A DNA stretch of 58,089 nt. Origin: Candidatus Omnitrophota bacterium. Its GTDB lineage: Bacteria; Omnitrophota; Gorgyraeia; Zapsychrales; Fredricksoniimonadaceae. The position numbers and the translations under genes were made by a program. Each line of letters opens with the position of its first letter. The first letter of the stretch is position 1. This document shows positions 42,957-51,568 of this stretch, one piece after another. The stretch covers positions 1 to 58,089 of the forward strand of contig CAIVRE010000028.1 of assembly GCA_903908245.1 (NCBI GenBank). Direction: 5' to 3'. The notes under the pieces are model-generated. The model searched no databases. It worked only from the letters and a program-made list of their open reading frames with translations, and was not told the DNA's origin.

Positions 42957-45362
42957 TTAATGCTTCGTTTCTTCCCCGATGATCCTCATGTCCGTGAACG
43001 ACTTCACGACAAAGAAGAGCGAAATAGCAAAGAACACGGCAAAAAGAACCATGTTAAGCACATGCCCCAGCTGTAAAGCGATCTCGATCGCAAGAAGCCC
43101 GAACAACGTGGTGAACTTGATGACCGGATTAATAGCCACAGAAGACGTGTCCTTGAAAGGATCGCCGACCGTGTCCCCGACAACAGACGCCGCATGAAGC
43201 TCGGTCCCCTTCTCGCGCAGGTCAACCTCGACCACCTTCTTCGCATTGTCCCAGGCGCCGCCCGCGTTGGCCATGAAGATCGCCTGATACAGACCGAAGA
43301 TCGCGATGGAGATCAGATACCCGATGAAGAAGTACGGATTCAAACACGCGAACGCAAGAGTGGAGAACAAGATCACCATGAACAGGTTGATCATGCCCTT
43401 CTGCGCGAACTGAGTACAGATCTCGACAACTTTCTTGCTGTCCGCAATAGACGCCTTGTCGGAACCCTCGAGCTTGATATTCGCCTTGATGAACTCAACC
43501 GTATGGTACGCACCCGCCACAACAGCCTGGGTGGACGCGCCCGTGAACCAGTAGATCACCGCGCCACCGGCAATAAAGCCCAGCAGGAACGGAGGATACA
43601 GGATCGAGAGCATGTCGATATTCACCGTCAACCCCTGGGTGAGGATCATGATGATCGAAAAGATCATCGTGGTCGCCCCGACAACGGCCGTTCCGATAAG
43701 CACCGGCTTGGATGTCGCCTTAAAGGTGTTCCCGGCGCCGTCATTCGATTCCAGGAAATGCTTGGCCTTCTGGAAATCAGGCGTGAAACCGAACTCTTTC
43801 TTGATCTCTTCTTTTGACACATTCTCGATGAGCGAAAGCTCATAAACAGACTGCGCATTATCCGCAACCGGGCCATAAGAATCGACCGCGATCGTGACCG
43901 GGCCCATTCCGAGGAACCCGAACGCTACCAGACCGAACGCAAAGACCGAAGGTGCCAGCATCAAAGCGCCGATACCCATATTGCTGATGAAATACGCACC
44001 TGCCATCAGGATAATGATCGTCATTCCCATCCAGTAAGCGCTGAAGTTGCCGGTCGTAAAACCGGTCAGGATATTAAGAGAAGCGCCGCCTTTTCTGGAA
44101 GACTGAACGATATTCTTGACGAACGCGGATTCCGTAGAGGTGAAGATCTTGACCAGCTCGGGAATGACCGCACCGGCAATAGTCCCGCAAGTGATGATCC
44201 CCGCGAGCTTCCACCAGATCGTGCCATCACCCATGGTCGGGATCAGGAAATACGACGCCGCGAACGTGAACGCGATGGAAACGATCGAGGTGATCCAGAC
44301 CAGGGAGGTCAGCGGATCCTCGAAATTCATCTCTTTAGCGGTCTCATAACGGGCCTTGGCGATCATTCCATTGACCCAATAGGAGAGCGCACTGGCAATG
44401 ATCATCATTAAGCGCATGACGAACAACCAGACCAGCAACTGGACCTGAATGATCGGGTCCTTAACAGCCAGCAGAATGAAAGAAATAAGAGCAACACCGG
44501 TAACGCCATAAGTCTCAAAACCATCGGCGGTCGGACCAACAGAATCGCCCGCATTGTCACCCGTGCAATCCGCGATAACACCCGGATTACGCGCATCGTC
44601 TTCCTTGATATTAAACACGATCTTCATCAGGTCAGACCCGATATCCGCGATCTTGGTGAAAATACCACCCGCGATACGCAGAACGGACGCGCCTAACGAT
44701 TCCCCGATCGCAAAACCGATGAAACAGGGGCCGGCATAGGAAGGATCAATAAAAAGCAGGATACAAAGCATGACCAGAAGCTCGGTGCTGATCAGGAGCA
44801 TCCCGATCGACATCCCCGCCTGGGCAGGAATAGCAAAAACAGGATACGGGAACCCTTTAAGAGAGGCGAACGCCGAACGGGAATTCGCCATGGTATTGAT
44901 CCTCATCCCGAACCAGGCCACCCCGTAGCTGCCAAGGATACCGATCACGGAACAGATCAGGATCATCACAACCTTGACGACTTCCATATGACGCAACCAG
45001 CCGAAATACGCCACCATGACCAGGCCGATCAAAACTTCAAGGATCAGAAGAAATTTACCCTGGGTAATAAGATAGGTTTTGCAGGTCTCATAAATAAGCT
45101 CGGAAATATCCTTCATCGCCTTATGGACCGGCATGTTCTTGATCTGGACGAACTGGATCAACCCGAACACGAAGCCAAACAGGCAGATAAAGATCCCGTA
45201 CAACAATAACGTATGACCGGGGATCCCCAGGAAAGATACAGATGAAAGGTTCGGGATCACCAGATCCGATTCACCTGCCCACGCAGCGCCCGTTCCGGCC
45301 AGCATTAACAGCACCGGCAACAATACCGCGGGTTTAAAACACTTCTTCAACAAATGACCCAT
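42957..45362 (-). CDS. hppA: Membrane-bound proton-translocating pyrophosphatase, K+-independent type
   Basis: TKIADIGSDL, EDDARNP, DNAGD, GNTFKAT (Lys at the determinant site), AWDNAKK, GDPFKDT. Confidence 0.95.
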   Translation of the reverse strand: MGHLLKKCFKPAVLLPVLLMLAGTGAAWAGESDLVIPNLSSVSFLGIPGHTLLLYGIFICLFGFVFGLIQFVQIKNMPVHKAMKDISELIYETCKTYLITQGKFLLILEVLIGLVMVAYFGWLRHMEVVKVVMILICSVIGILGSYGVAWFGMRINTMANSRSAFASLKGFPYPVFAIPAQAGMSIGMLLISTELLVMLCILLFIDPSYAGPCFIGFAIGESLGASVLRIAGGIFTKIADIGSDLMKIVFNIKEDDARNPGVIADCTGDNAGDSVGPTADGFETYGVTGVALISFILLAVKDPIIQVQLLVWLFVMRLMMIIASALSYWVNGMIAKARYETAKEMNFEDPLTSLVWITSIVSIAFTFAASYFLIPTMGDGTIWWKLAGIITCGTIAGAVIPELVKIFTSTESAFVKNIVQSSRKGGASLNILTGFTTGNFSAYWMGMTIIILMAGAYFISNMGIGALMLAPSVFAFGLVAFGFLGMGPVTIAVDSYGPVADNAQSVYELSLIENVSKEEIKKEFGFTPDFQKAKHFLESNDGAGNTFKATSKPVLIGTAVVGATTMIFSIIMILTQGLTVNIDMLSILYPPFLLGFIAGGAVIYWFTGASTQAVVAGAYHTVEFIKANIKLEGSDKASIADSKKVVEICTQFAQKGMINLFMVILFSTLAFACLNPYFFIGYLISIAIFGLYQAIFMANAGGAWDNAKKVVEVDLREKGTELHAASVVGDTVGDPFKDTSSVAINPVIKFTTLFGLLAIEIALQLGHVLNMVLFAVFFAISLFFVVKSFTDMRIIGEETKH

Positions 45363-45453
45363 AAAAACCTCCGATTATCATTAATAATCTATACTTTTAA
45401 TATTTAATACCTGAAGAACCATCAGGTTCCCAGCGAGAAGAATTCTATAAATT

Positions 45454-46131
45454 CTATCCTTTCCCCCTCTTTTGGCAAGGGAAAAGTGACAAAATTTTTG
45501 GAAGACCCGAAATAATGATGTCCGGATCAAGAGCTTTAAGCTCCGCCAAATGGCTTGAACCTGTAGGAATGGCCAGGGTGAACACCCGCGCCCTCCTCCC
45601 GCAAAGCACATCCACGGTCATATCCCCCACATAAACAGCCTGGAACGGCTTTACCCTGGCGGCTTTAAGAATGGCGCGCAGGACATCCGGGGCGGGCTTT
45701 GGCCTTTTAACCATATCGCCGCAGATCACCCAGTCAAAATAATGGTCAATATTGAGCTGTTCAAGGATGATCCGGCAGAACTTTGTAGGCCGATTGGACG
45801 CGATCGCCATCCGGCAACCCCTGTTCTTTAAGGCCGCCAGCAATGTCCTGGCCCCAGGCATGATCCTTAATTTCTGGTGCAAACGGTTGTCGTGATGAGC
45901 ACGAAAGATCAGCAGAGCCTCCTCTGCCCGGTCTTCCTCTATAAAACAGCGGATAAGCCCGTCAACCCCATGCCCCACAGACCGCGTGACAGTCCGCAGG
46001 CTCTGGCGTGGGCGGCCCATTTTACCCATCATATAGTTAATACTGTCCGTGATCGCCTGATAAGCGTCAACAAGAGTGCCGTCAAGATCGAAAATGACCA
46101 GTTTAATGTCGTCAGGAAGGTTTTTCTTCAT
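45454..46131 (-). CDS. HAD-superfamily phosphatase (Gph-like)
   Basis: FDLDGTLVD, ASN, KPAP, VGDMTVD. Confidence 0.9.
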   Translation of the reverse strand: MKKNLPDDIKLVIFDLDGTLVDAYQAITDSINYMMGKMGRPRQSLRTVTRSVGHGVDGLIRCFIEEDRAEEALLIFRAHHDNRLHQKLRIMPGARTLLAALKNRGCRMAIASNRPTKFCRIILEQLNIDHYFDWVICGDMVKRPKPAPDVLRAILKAARVKPFQAVYVGDMTVDVLCGRRARVFTLAIPTGSSHLAELKALDPDIIISGLPKILSLFPCQKRGKG

Positions 46132-46744
46132 CGGAAACTAAAGCATGCGGATCTACCACGCCACCGGAAACAATGATCTTGATCGCCTCTTCAACCGTCA
46201 ATTTCAAGGGGATGATCTCATCTCGCGGAATCATCATGAAATACCCACTCAGCGGATTAGGAACGTGCGGAATAAGTACATTGACCAGGTCCCGTCCAGC
46301 GGCGTCCGCAATGACCTTCGTGGTCTTGTTCGTCAGAAAGCCAAGAGTATAAAGCCCAAGCCGCGGCCACTGCACCATCACCACCTGCTGCGGCATCCCG
46401 ATCCCGTCATCTTCCTTAAAAACAAACTTCGCGATCTCCTTGAATGCCGGATAAATACTTTGCATGACCGGGATCCGCATCATCAGATTCTCGATCACCC
46501 GATGGATGGCCCGGCCAAAATAGTTCGTGACAAGAAATCCGGAGAACAGGATCAGGACCACCAGCACCACGATCCCCAGGCCCCAGATATAAAAATCATA
46601 ATTGTTCAAAAGGAATGGCCGGAGGTATTTCCCGAAAATGCTTTCCGAGAAACCAAGGAACCAGGCACATACATTAATGGTCAGAATGAACGGCAGAAAG
46701 ACCGCAAGGCCGGAAAAGAAGTATTTTCTTAAACGACGCAACAT
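46112..46744 (-). CDS. DUF502 family membrane protein
   Basis: FFSGLAVFLP, IPHVPNPLSG, IIVSGGV. Confidence 0.85.
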   Translation of the reverse strand: MLRRLRKYFFSGLAVFLPFILTINVCAWFLGFSESIFGKYLRPFLLNNYDFYIWGLGIVVLVVLILFSGFLVTNYFGRAIHRVIENLMMRIPVMQSIYPAFKEIAKFVFKEDDGIGMPQQVVMVQWPRLGLYTLGFLTNKTTKVIADAAGRDLVNVLIPHVPNPLSGYFMMIPRDEIIPLKLTVEEAIKIIVSGGVVDPHALVSDEEKPS

Positions 46745-46745
46745 A

Positions 46746-47741
46746 TCAAACCCCTTTAAGAAAATGAACGCCCCAGTACGCCAGTGCGGCGATGGCACCG
46801 GAACAAGGGATGGTTATCAGCCAGGCGATCACGATATTGCCGGCAACACCCCACTTGACCGCGCTCAAACGACGGCGCGAACCGACTCCCATGATCGTCC
46901 CGGTGATCGTATGCGTTGTACTGACCGGGATCCCCATGGAAGAGGCGACGAACAAAGTCGCAGCGGCGCTTGTTTCAGCGCAAAAACCGTCAATAGGCCT
47001 GAGTTTGGCGATCTTCTGGCCCATGGTCTTCACAATACGCCACCCGCCGAACATCGTCCCGCAGGCAATGGCCGCGTAACAGCTCAAGATAACCCAGATC
47101 GGGACATGGTAATTGGTCCCCAAAAGGCCCGCTGAAAAAAGAAGCGCCGTAATGATCCCCATTGTTTTTTGAGCATCATTACCCCCGTGGCCCATACTAT
47201 AAAGCGCCGCGGAAAAAAGCTGCCCTTTCCGGGAAAGCTGATCCATCTTGAGCGGTGAGGCGTTACGCGCCAGAAAATAAACGAGCTTGCTCAGGATAAA
47301 ACCAAGAAAAAGCCCGACCAGCGGAGAAATAAATATAAAACTGACTGTTTTAATGATCCCCGATGCCACAAGCCCGGCAGGGCCCGCTTTGACCAGCGCA
47401 GCACCGATCATCCCGCCGATCAACGCGTGCGAAGAACTCGTCGGCAAACCGAGATACCAGGTAATAATATTCCAGCCGCAAGCCCCGAATAAAGCTCCAA
47501 AGATAACCGCGCTGTCAACAATATGGATATCAATGATCCCCTTGCCAATGGTATTCGCCACATGCAGCCCAAAAAAGAAAAAAGCAACGAAATTAAAGAA
47601 CGCCGCGAACAATACGGCCTGCTTGGGGCTAAGCACGCGCGTGGAAACAACTGTCGCAATGGAATTGGCCGAATCATGAAATCCGTTCAGGAAATCAAAG
47701 ACCAACGCCAGCATAACAAGAAAAACGATCTCAATGGTCAT
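46746..47741 (-). CDS. PiT-family inorganic phosphate transporter
   Basis: NGFHDSAN, PTSSSHAL, GGNDAQK, PVSTTH. Confidence 0.93.
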   Translation of the reverse strand: MTIEIVFLVMLALVFDFLNGFHDSANSIATVVSTRVLSPKQAVLFAAFFNFVAFFFFGLHVANTIGKGIIDIHIVDSAVIFGALFGACGWNIITWYLGLPTSSSHALIGGMIGAALVKAGPAGLVASGIIKTVSFIFISPLVGLFLGFILSKLVYFLARNASPLKMDQLSRKGQLFSAALYSMGHGGNDAQKTMGIITALLFSAGLLGTNYHVPIWVILSCYAAIACGTMFGGWRIVKTMGQKIAKLRPIDGFCAETSAAATLFVASSMGIPVSTTHTITGTIMGVGSRRRLSAVKWGVAGNIVIAWLITIPCSGAIAALAYWGVHFLKGV

Positions 47742-47750
47742 AACGAATGC

Positions 47751-48377
47751 TCACGCCTGTTTCAAAAGGATCGATTCAACCACATGCGCCGCGTCCTCGC
47801 AAATATCAACGACGGTCTCGGCATCCTCGAATATCTCTTTCCACTTGATAACAGAAATAGGGTCCTTCTCGGTCTCAAAAAGCGCGACCAGGGCCGTGTC
47901 GCGGATAGCATCCGAAATATTCTCCAGCCGGCTCACATCCACACAGGAGGACATCACCGCCTGATAATTCTTCATATCCTTCATACTCTTGACCGCCCCG
48001 GCCAACGCCCGCACGGCCTCTTCAATGACCAGCGAGAACTCGATGAGGTTCTTGCGAACCTCGGTGATCTTATACGTCGTTAAGCGGTTAGAAATGGTGT
48101 TCATCATATCGATAACATCGTCCAGCGCCTTGGTGAGGGAATAAATATCTTCCCGGTCAAAGGGTGTAATAAAAGTTTTATTAAGCTGGCCAATGATCTT
48201 GGCGGCGGATTCATCGGCCTTGATCTCGATCTCCTGGATCTTGCGCAGATAAAAATAATCAATAGTGCCTTTTTCAATGGCTTTCTTCATGCAATCCGCA
48301 CCTTCAATGAGGCAGTCGGCCTGCTTGTCGAATTCGCCGTAGAAATTAAACTCGTTGGGGAAAAATTTACGGAACAT
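47751..48377 (-). CDS. DUF47 (PhoU-like) phosphate transport regulator
   Basis: FITPFDREDI, LDDVID, WKEI; adjacent to pit. Confidence 0.9.
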   Translation of the reverse strand: MFRKFFPNEFNFYGEFDKQADCLIEGADCMKKAIEKGTIDYFYLRKIQEIEIKADESAAKIIGQLNKTFITPFDREDIYSLTKALDDVIDMMNTISNRLTTYKITEVRKNLIEFSLVIEEAVRALAGAVKSMKDMKNYQAVMSSCVDVSRLENISDAIRDTALVALFETEKDPISVIKWKEIFEDAETVVDICEDAAHVVESILLKQA

Positions 48378-48492
48378 AACCAGCCTCCAGGGATTGTCCA
48401 TGTTAAGAAGAAGGATAGTATACAAGAAACCCGCGGAAAAAGGCAAGTTTAAAAAACCAAACCCCCTTGCCCCCGATGGCAAAAAGATCCCT

Positions 48493-48660
48493 TCAGTCTT
48501 TTGAAGAGGCAACGGTGAGGACAACAAGCCCGATCACGGCCAGCAACGGGCCGATGACCCCGCGAAAAACCATCTGAATGAACACCCAGTCGCGGAACGT
48601 CAGCGTGACGCCGCCAATGACCAATAAAAGGCCCAAACCGATCAAGACGAGTTTCTTCAT
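48493..48660 (-). CDS. Small two-TM membrane protein (55 aa)
   Basis: AGGAGG RBS; two hydrophobic helices. Confidence 0.7.
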   Translation of the reverse strand: MKKLVLIGLGLLLVIGGVTLTFRDWVFIQMVFRGVIGPLLAVIGLVVLTVASSKD

Positions 48661-48731
48661 AATCCTCCTTACTGGGTATAACACATCCTCAAATCACCGG
48701 GAGATACAAGGTCACATGAAAAATCGTCTAT

Positions 48732-48761
48732 TCGCCGGGCGACCCATCGGGTCGCCCCTAC
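48732..48761. repeat. GTAG-type REP, family B, copy 2
   Basis: Identical to 36734-36763; its GTAG supplies the TAG stop of the acyltransferase. Confidence 0.8.
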
Positions 48762-49657
48762 CGCAACTCATTCTCGCGCGGGACGCATTTCCAGCGGCGA
48801 TGCAGCCAGGACCACTGCTCGGGATACTCACGGATATATTTTTCCACCACGGCTGTGAATGCCTGGGTATTCGTCAGCAGGTCCCGGCGATCATCCCCTG
48901 TTCGCACCAGATCCAACGGGCCTTCGATCTGGATCTTAAACTTACCCTGACCGGCCGGCAGCGCGAACGCCATCAACAAAGGTGCCCCGGTCTTTTGCGC
49001 GTACATCACAGGGCCAGGCGCCGTTGCCGCAGGCTTCCCAAAAAAATTCACAAATATCCGGCCCGAAGCCCCGTAGTTCTGATCCACCGGCATGAACAAC
49101 AGCTCTCCGGCCTCTATGGCCCGAATGCTTTCCGCGATACACGCACGCACCGGCGTACTTAAAATAACTTTTATCCCCATATGCCGGAATGAATCCGCGA
49201 ACTTGCCCTTAAGGAACTCGCCGCGCGGCGGCTTGGCCACCACGTTGACCCGGTATCCTTCCACGACAAAACGGAACATCATCCAGGCGAACGGCCCGAA
49301 ATGCGCAATGCCAATGACCGCGCCCTTGCCCCTGGCAAGCGCGGCGGTGATCTTGTCTTGCCCGTCAAATTCAAAAATATCCTTCGCCAGCGCGGGCCGC
49401 GCGAACGTAAAAGTAAACCCTGCCAAACCATCGGCCAGGTTCAGGAACGACACCCGCGCCAGGCGCTTCTTCTCATCAATAGGAACAGAATCCCCGAACG
49501 CGTGCGTCAGGGTATCGAGCGCGTATTTCTCGGCCTTACGGTTGAACGCGTAAAAGACCCGGACCCCGAACCTGGTGAACGGAAAGTAAATACACGCCGG
49601 TGTCACGCGCACCAGCCAAAGAAAAGAATAAAAAAAGAAGGAATTCGATCCGTTCAC
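48758..49657 (-). CDS. LpxL/HtrB-family lipid acyltransferase
   Basis: GKGAVIGIAHFG, PVDQ, VNFFGKPA, PEQWSWLHRRWK. Confidence 0.88.
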   Translation of the reverse strand: MNGSNSFFFYSFLWLVRVTPACIYFPFTRFGVRVFYAFNRKAEKYALDTLTHAFGDSVPIDEKKRLARVSFLNLADGLAGFTFTFARPALAKDIFEFDGQDKITAALARGKGAVIGIAHFGPFAWMMFRFVVEGYRVNVVAKPPRGEFLKGKFADSFRHMGIKVILSTPVRACIAESIRAIEAGELLFMPVDQNYGASGRIFVNFFGKPAATAPGPVMYAQKTGAPLLMAFALPAGQGKFKIQIEGPLDLVRTGDDRRDLLTNTQAFTAVVEKYIREYPEQWSWLHRRWKCVPRENELR

Positions 49658-51501
49658 AAGGCAATGGTCTTTTTGATAAGGCGAACAAGAGACGCAGAAT
49701 TGATCGGTTTGGTCACATGCCCAACAGCGCCGACCGCAAGCTCTGCCGTCACATCATCATCCGAATCTTTCGCGGTCAGGAATAAAACCGGGATATTCCG
49801 GGTCACCGGCGATGACTTCAGGCGCCGGCAAACCTCCCGGCCTTTGATGGTCGGCATAATAACATCAAGCAGGATCAACCCGGGCTGCTCCGATGCGGCA
49901 AGGCTCAATCCCTCCTCGCCGTTCATCGCGGAAATGACCTCAAATCCATAAGACCCCAGGATGGGTTTAAGCATAATATGCAACGTGCGCTCATCATCGA
50001 TCAGAAGGATCTTGTTGGATCGTGCCACAGCCGGCTTTTTCTTGCGCAAAGCCGCTACCAACCCCGCTGCCAGGATCATCACGCATAAAAGAATGAACCA
50101 GTCACCGCACTTTGTATACCAAGTCATTTGAACCTCCGGATAAACAGATGCTACCACAAATCCTTCTTTAAGAACACGGCGGCCTTGATTATCTTCCACA
50201 CACGCCACCAGGCGTCCACGGGCATCCACCGCGCAGCTTTCTCCGGTGTTGGTCGCGCGCAAAAGCGGACGGGCGTTCTCCACCGAACGGAACAAAGCAT
50301 TGTTCAAATGCATGGCCGGCTGGCCGGAATCGCGGAACCAGGCATCATTGGTCATATTGACCAGGAACCCGGCCCCCTGGCGGACATACTCCCGCGCCAA
50401 CCCGGGAAGCGTATCTTCAAAACAGATCAGGACCCCGAACTTCCCAAGGCCGGGGACGTCAAAAAGCGAGGCTTCCGCGCCCGGTGTGAAATCATCGATC
50501 GGAACAAGGTCCTGCAAAAAAGGCAGCTGCTTGCGGAACGGGATATATTCCCCGAACAGGACCAGATGCCGCTTGGACCTGACAGCTATAATATCCCCCG
50601 AGGGCGCGATCAGGACGGCCGAATTGAAATATTTATCCGCCGATATATCCCGCGTGACCGCCCCGAACAGCAGATAAACGCGATTCTCACGGGCAAACGC
50701 CTTCACCTTCTCCAACAGGACCGGCCTGTCCCAGGTAAAATTCGGAAAAGCAGTCTCGGGCCAAATGATCAGCTTCGGCCCATGGGCAAGGGTACGGCGG
50801 CTGATCGCGATCTGACGGTCAATGATGGCTTCTTTGGAACCGGGATCCCGGGCATCCGCCAGCGCGATATTCGGCTGGATCAGTGCCGCCTTGAACAGGG
50901 CCCCATGGCTGACCGGCTCAACCGGCATTAAGACGGCGGGAAGTTGAAACATCAATAACAGGGCCGTCCCGTATAAACACAAAGGCCGAAGAGGCCCCCT
51001 GGACTTTATCTGGCCAAAGACCTCTTTAAAGAAAATATTCCAGCCCAGGACAAGGAACGAAACCCCGCTGATGCCCGTGACCGCGGCCAACGCGTACGGC
51101 GGCTGACTCTGCCCGGCCGACCCCCAGTTAAACCCGGTGAACAGCCACCCTCTCAACCACTCCAGGACAACCCACCCCGCAGGAACAAGCCCCAAGCGCC
51201 ACCAGATCTGGCAACGCGATGCCCAGTGATAAAGAACACCGAACACGCCGGTATATAAAGCAAGATACACGCACAGGAACACAAGCCCCAATGCCGTAAC
51301 ATAATGGATCCAGAAAAGAGACAGCAAAAAAAAGGCCAGGCCGGAAAGATACGCCAAGCCAAACGCCCGGCACCTGGAAGGCGCGCGGTCAAGGGCAAAA
51401 AACAACGGCACCAGCGCGACCCAGGCCAAAGGCTGAAAACCAAGCGGCGGGAACGCAGACCATAACAGAACAGAAGAAAAAAGGGCCAGGACGAAAGACA
51501 T
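49654..51501 (-). CDS. lnt: Apolipoprotein N-acyltransferase fused to a C-terminal receiver domain
   Basis: Lnt triad WPET / KRHLVLFGEY / LICFED plus TNDAWF and RATNTG; REC motifs LIDDE, LLDVIMP, LTAK, TKP. Confidence 0.9.
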   Translation of the reverse strand: MSFVLALFSSVLLWSAFPPLGFQPLAWVALVPLFFALDRAPSRCRAFGLAYLSGLAFFLLSLFWIHYVTALGLVFLCVYLALYTGVFGVLYHWASRCQIWWRLGLVPAGWVVLEWLRGWLFTGFNWGSAGQSQPPYALAAVTGISGVSFLVLGWNIFFKEVFGQIKSRGPLRPLCLYGTALLLMFQLPAVLMPVEPVSHGALFKAALIQPNIALADARDPGSKEAIIDRQIAISRRTLAHGPKLIIWPETAFPNFTWDRPVLLEKVKAFARENRVYLLFGAVTRDISADKYFNSAVLIAPSGDIIAVRSKRHLVLFGEYIPFRKQLPFLQDLVPIDDFTPGAEASLFDVPGLGKFGVLICFEDTLPGLAREYVRQGAGFLVNMTNDAWFRDSGQPAMHLNNALFRSVENARPLLRATNTGESCAVDARGRLVACVEDNQGRRVLKEGFVVASVYPEVQMTWYTKCGDWFILLCVMILAAGLVAALRKKKPAVARSNKILLIDDERTLHIMLKPILGSYGFEVISAMNGEEGLSLAASEQPGLILLDVIMPTIKGREVCRRLKSSPVTRNIPVLFLTAKDSDDDVTAELAVGAVGHVTKPINSASLVRLIKKTIAL

Positions 51502-51516
51502 ATATTTTATACGCAA

Positions 51517-51541
51517 GGGCGACCCATCGGGCCGCCCCCGC
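51517..51541. repeat. REP family B, diverged copy 3
   Basis: Minus strand GCGG-GGGCGGCCC-GAT-GGGTCGCCC. Confidence 0.65.
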
Positions 51542-51568
51542 GATCATGTATCCATGCACGACACAATA

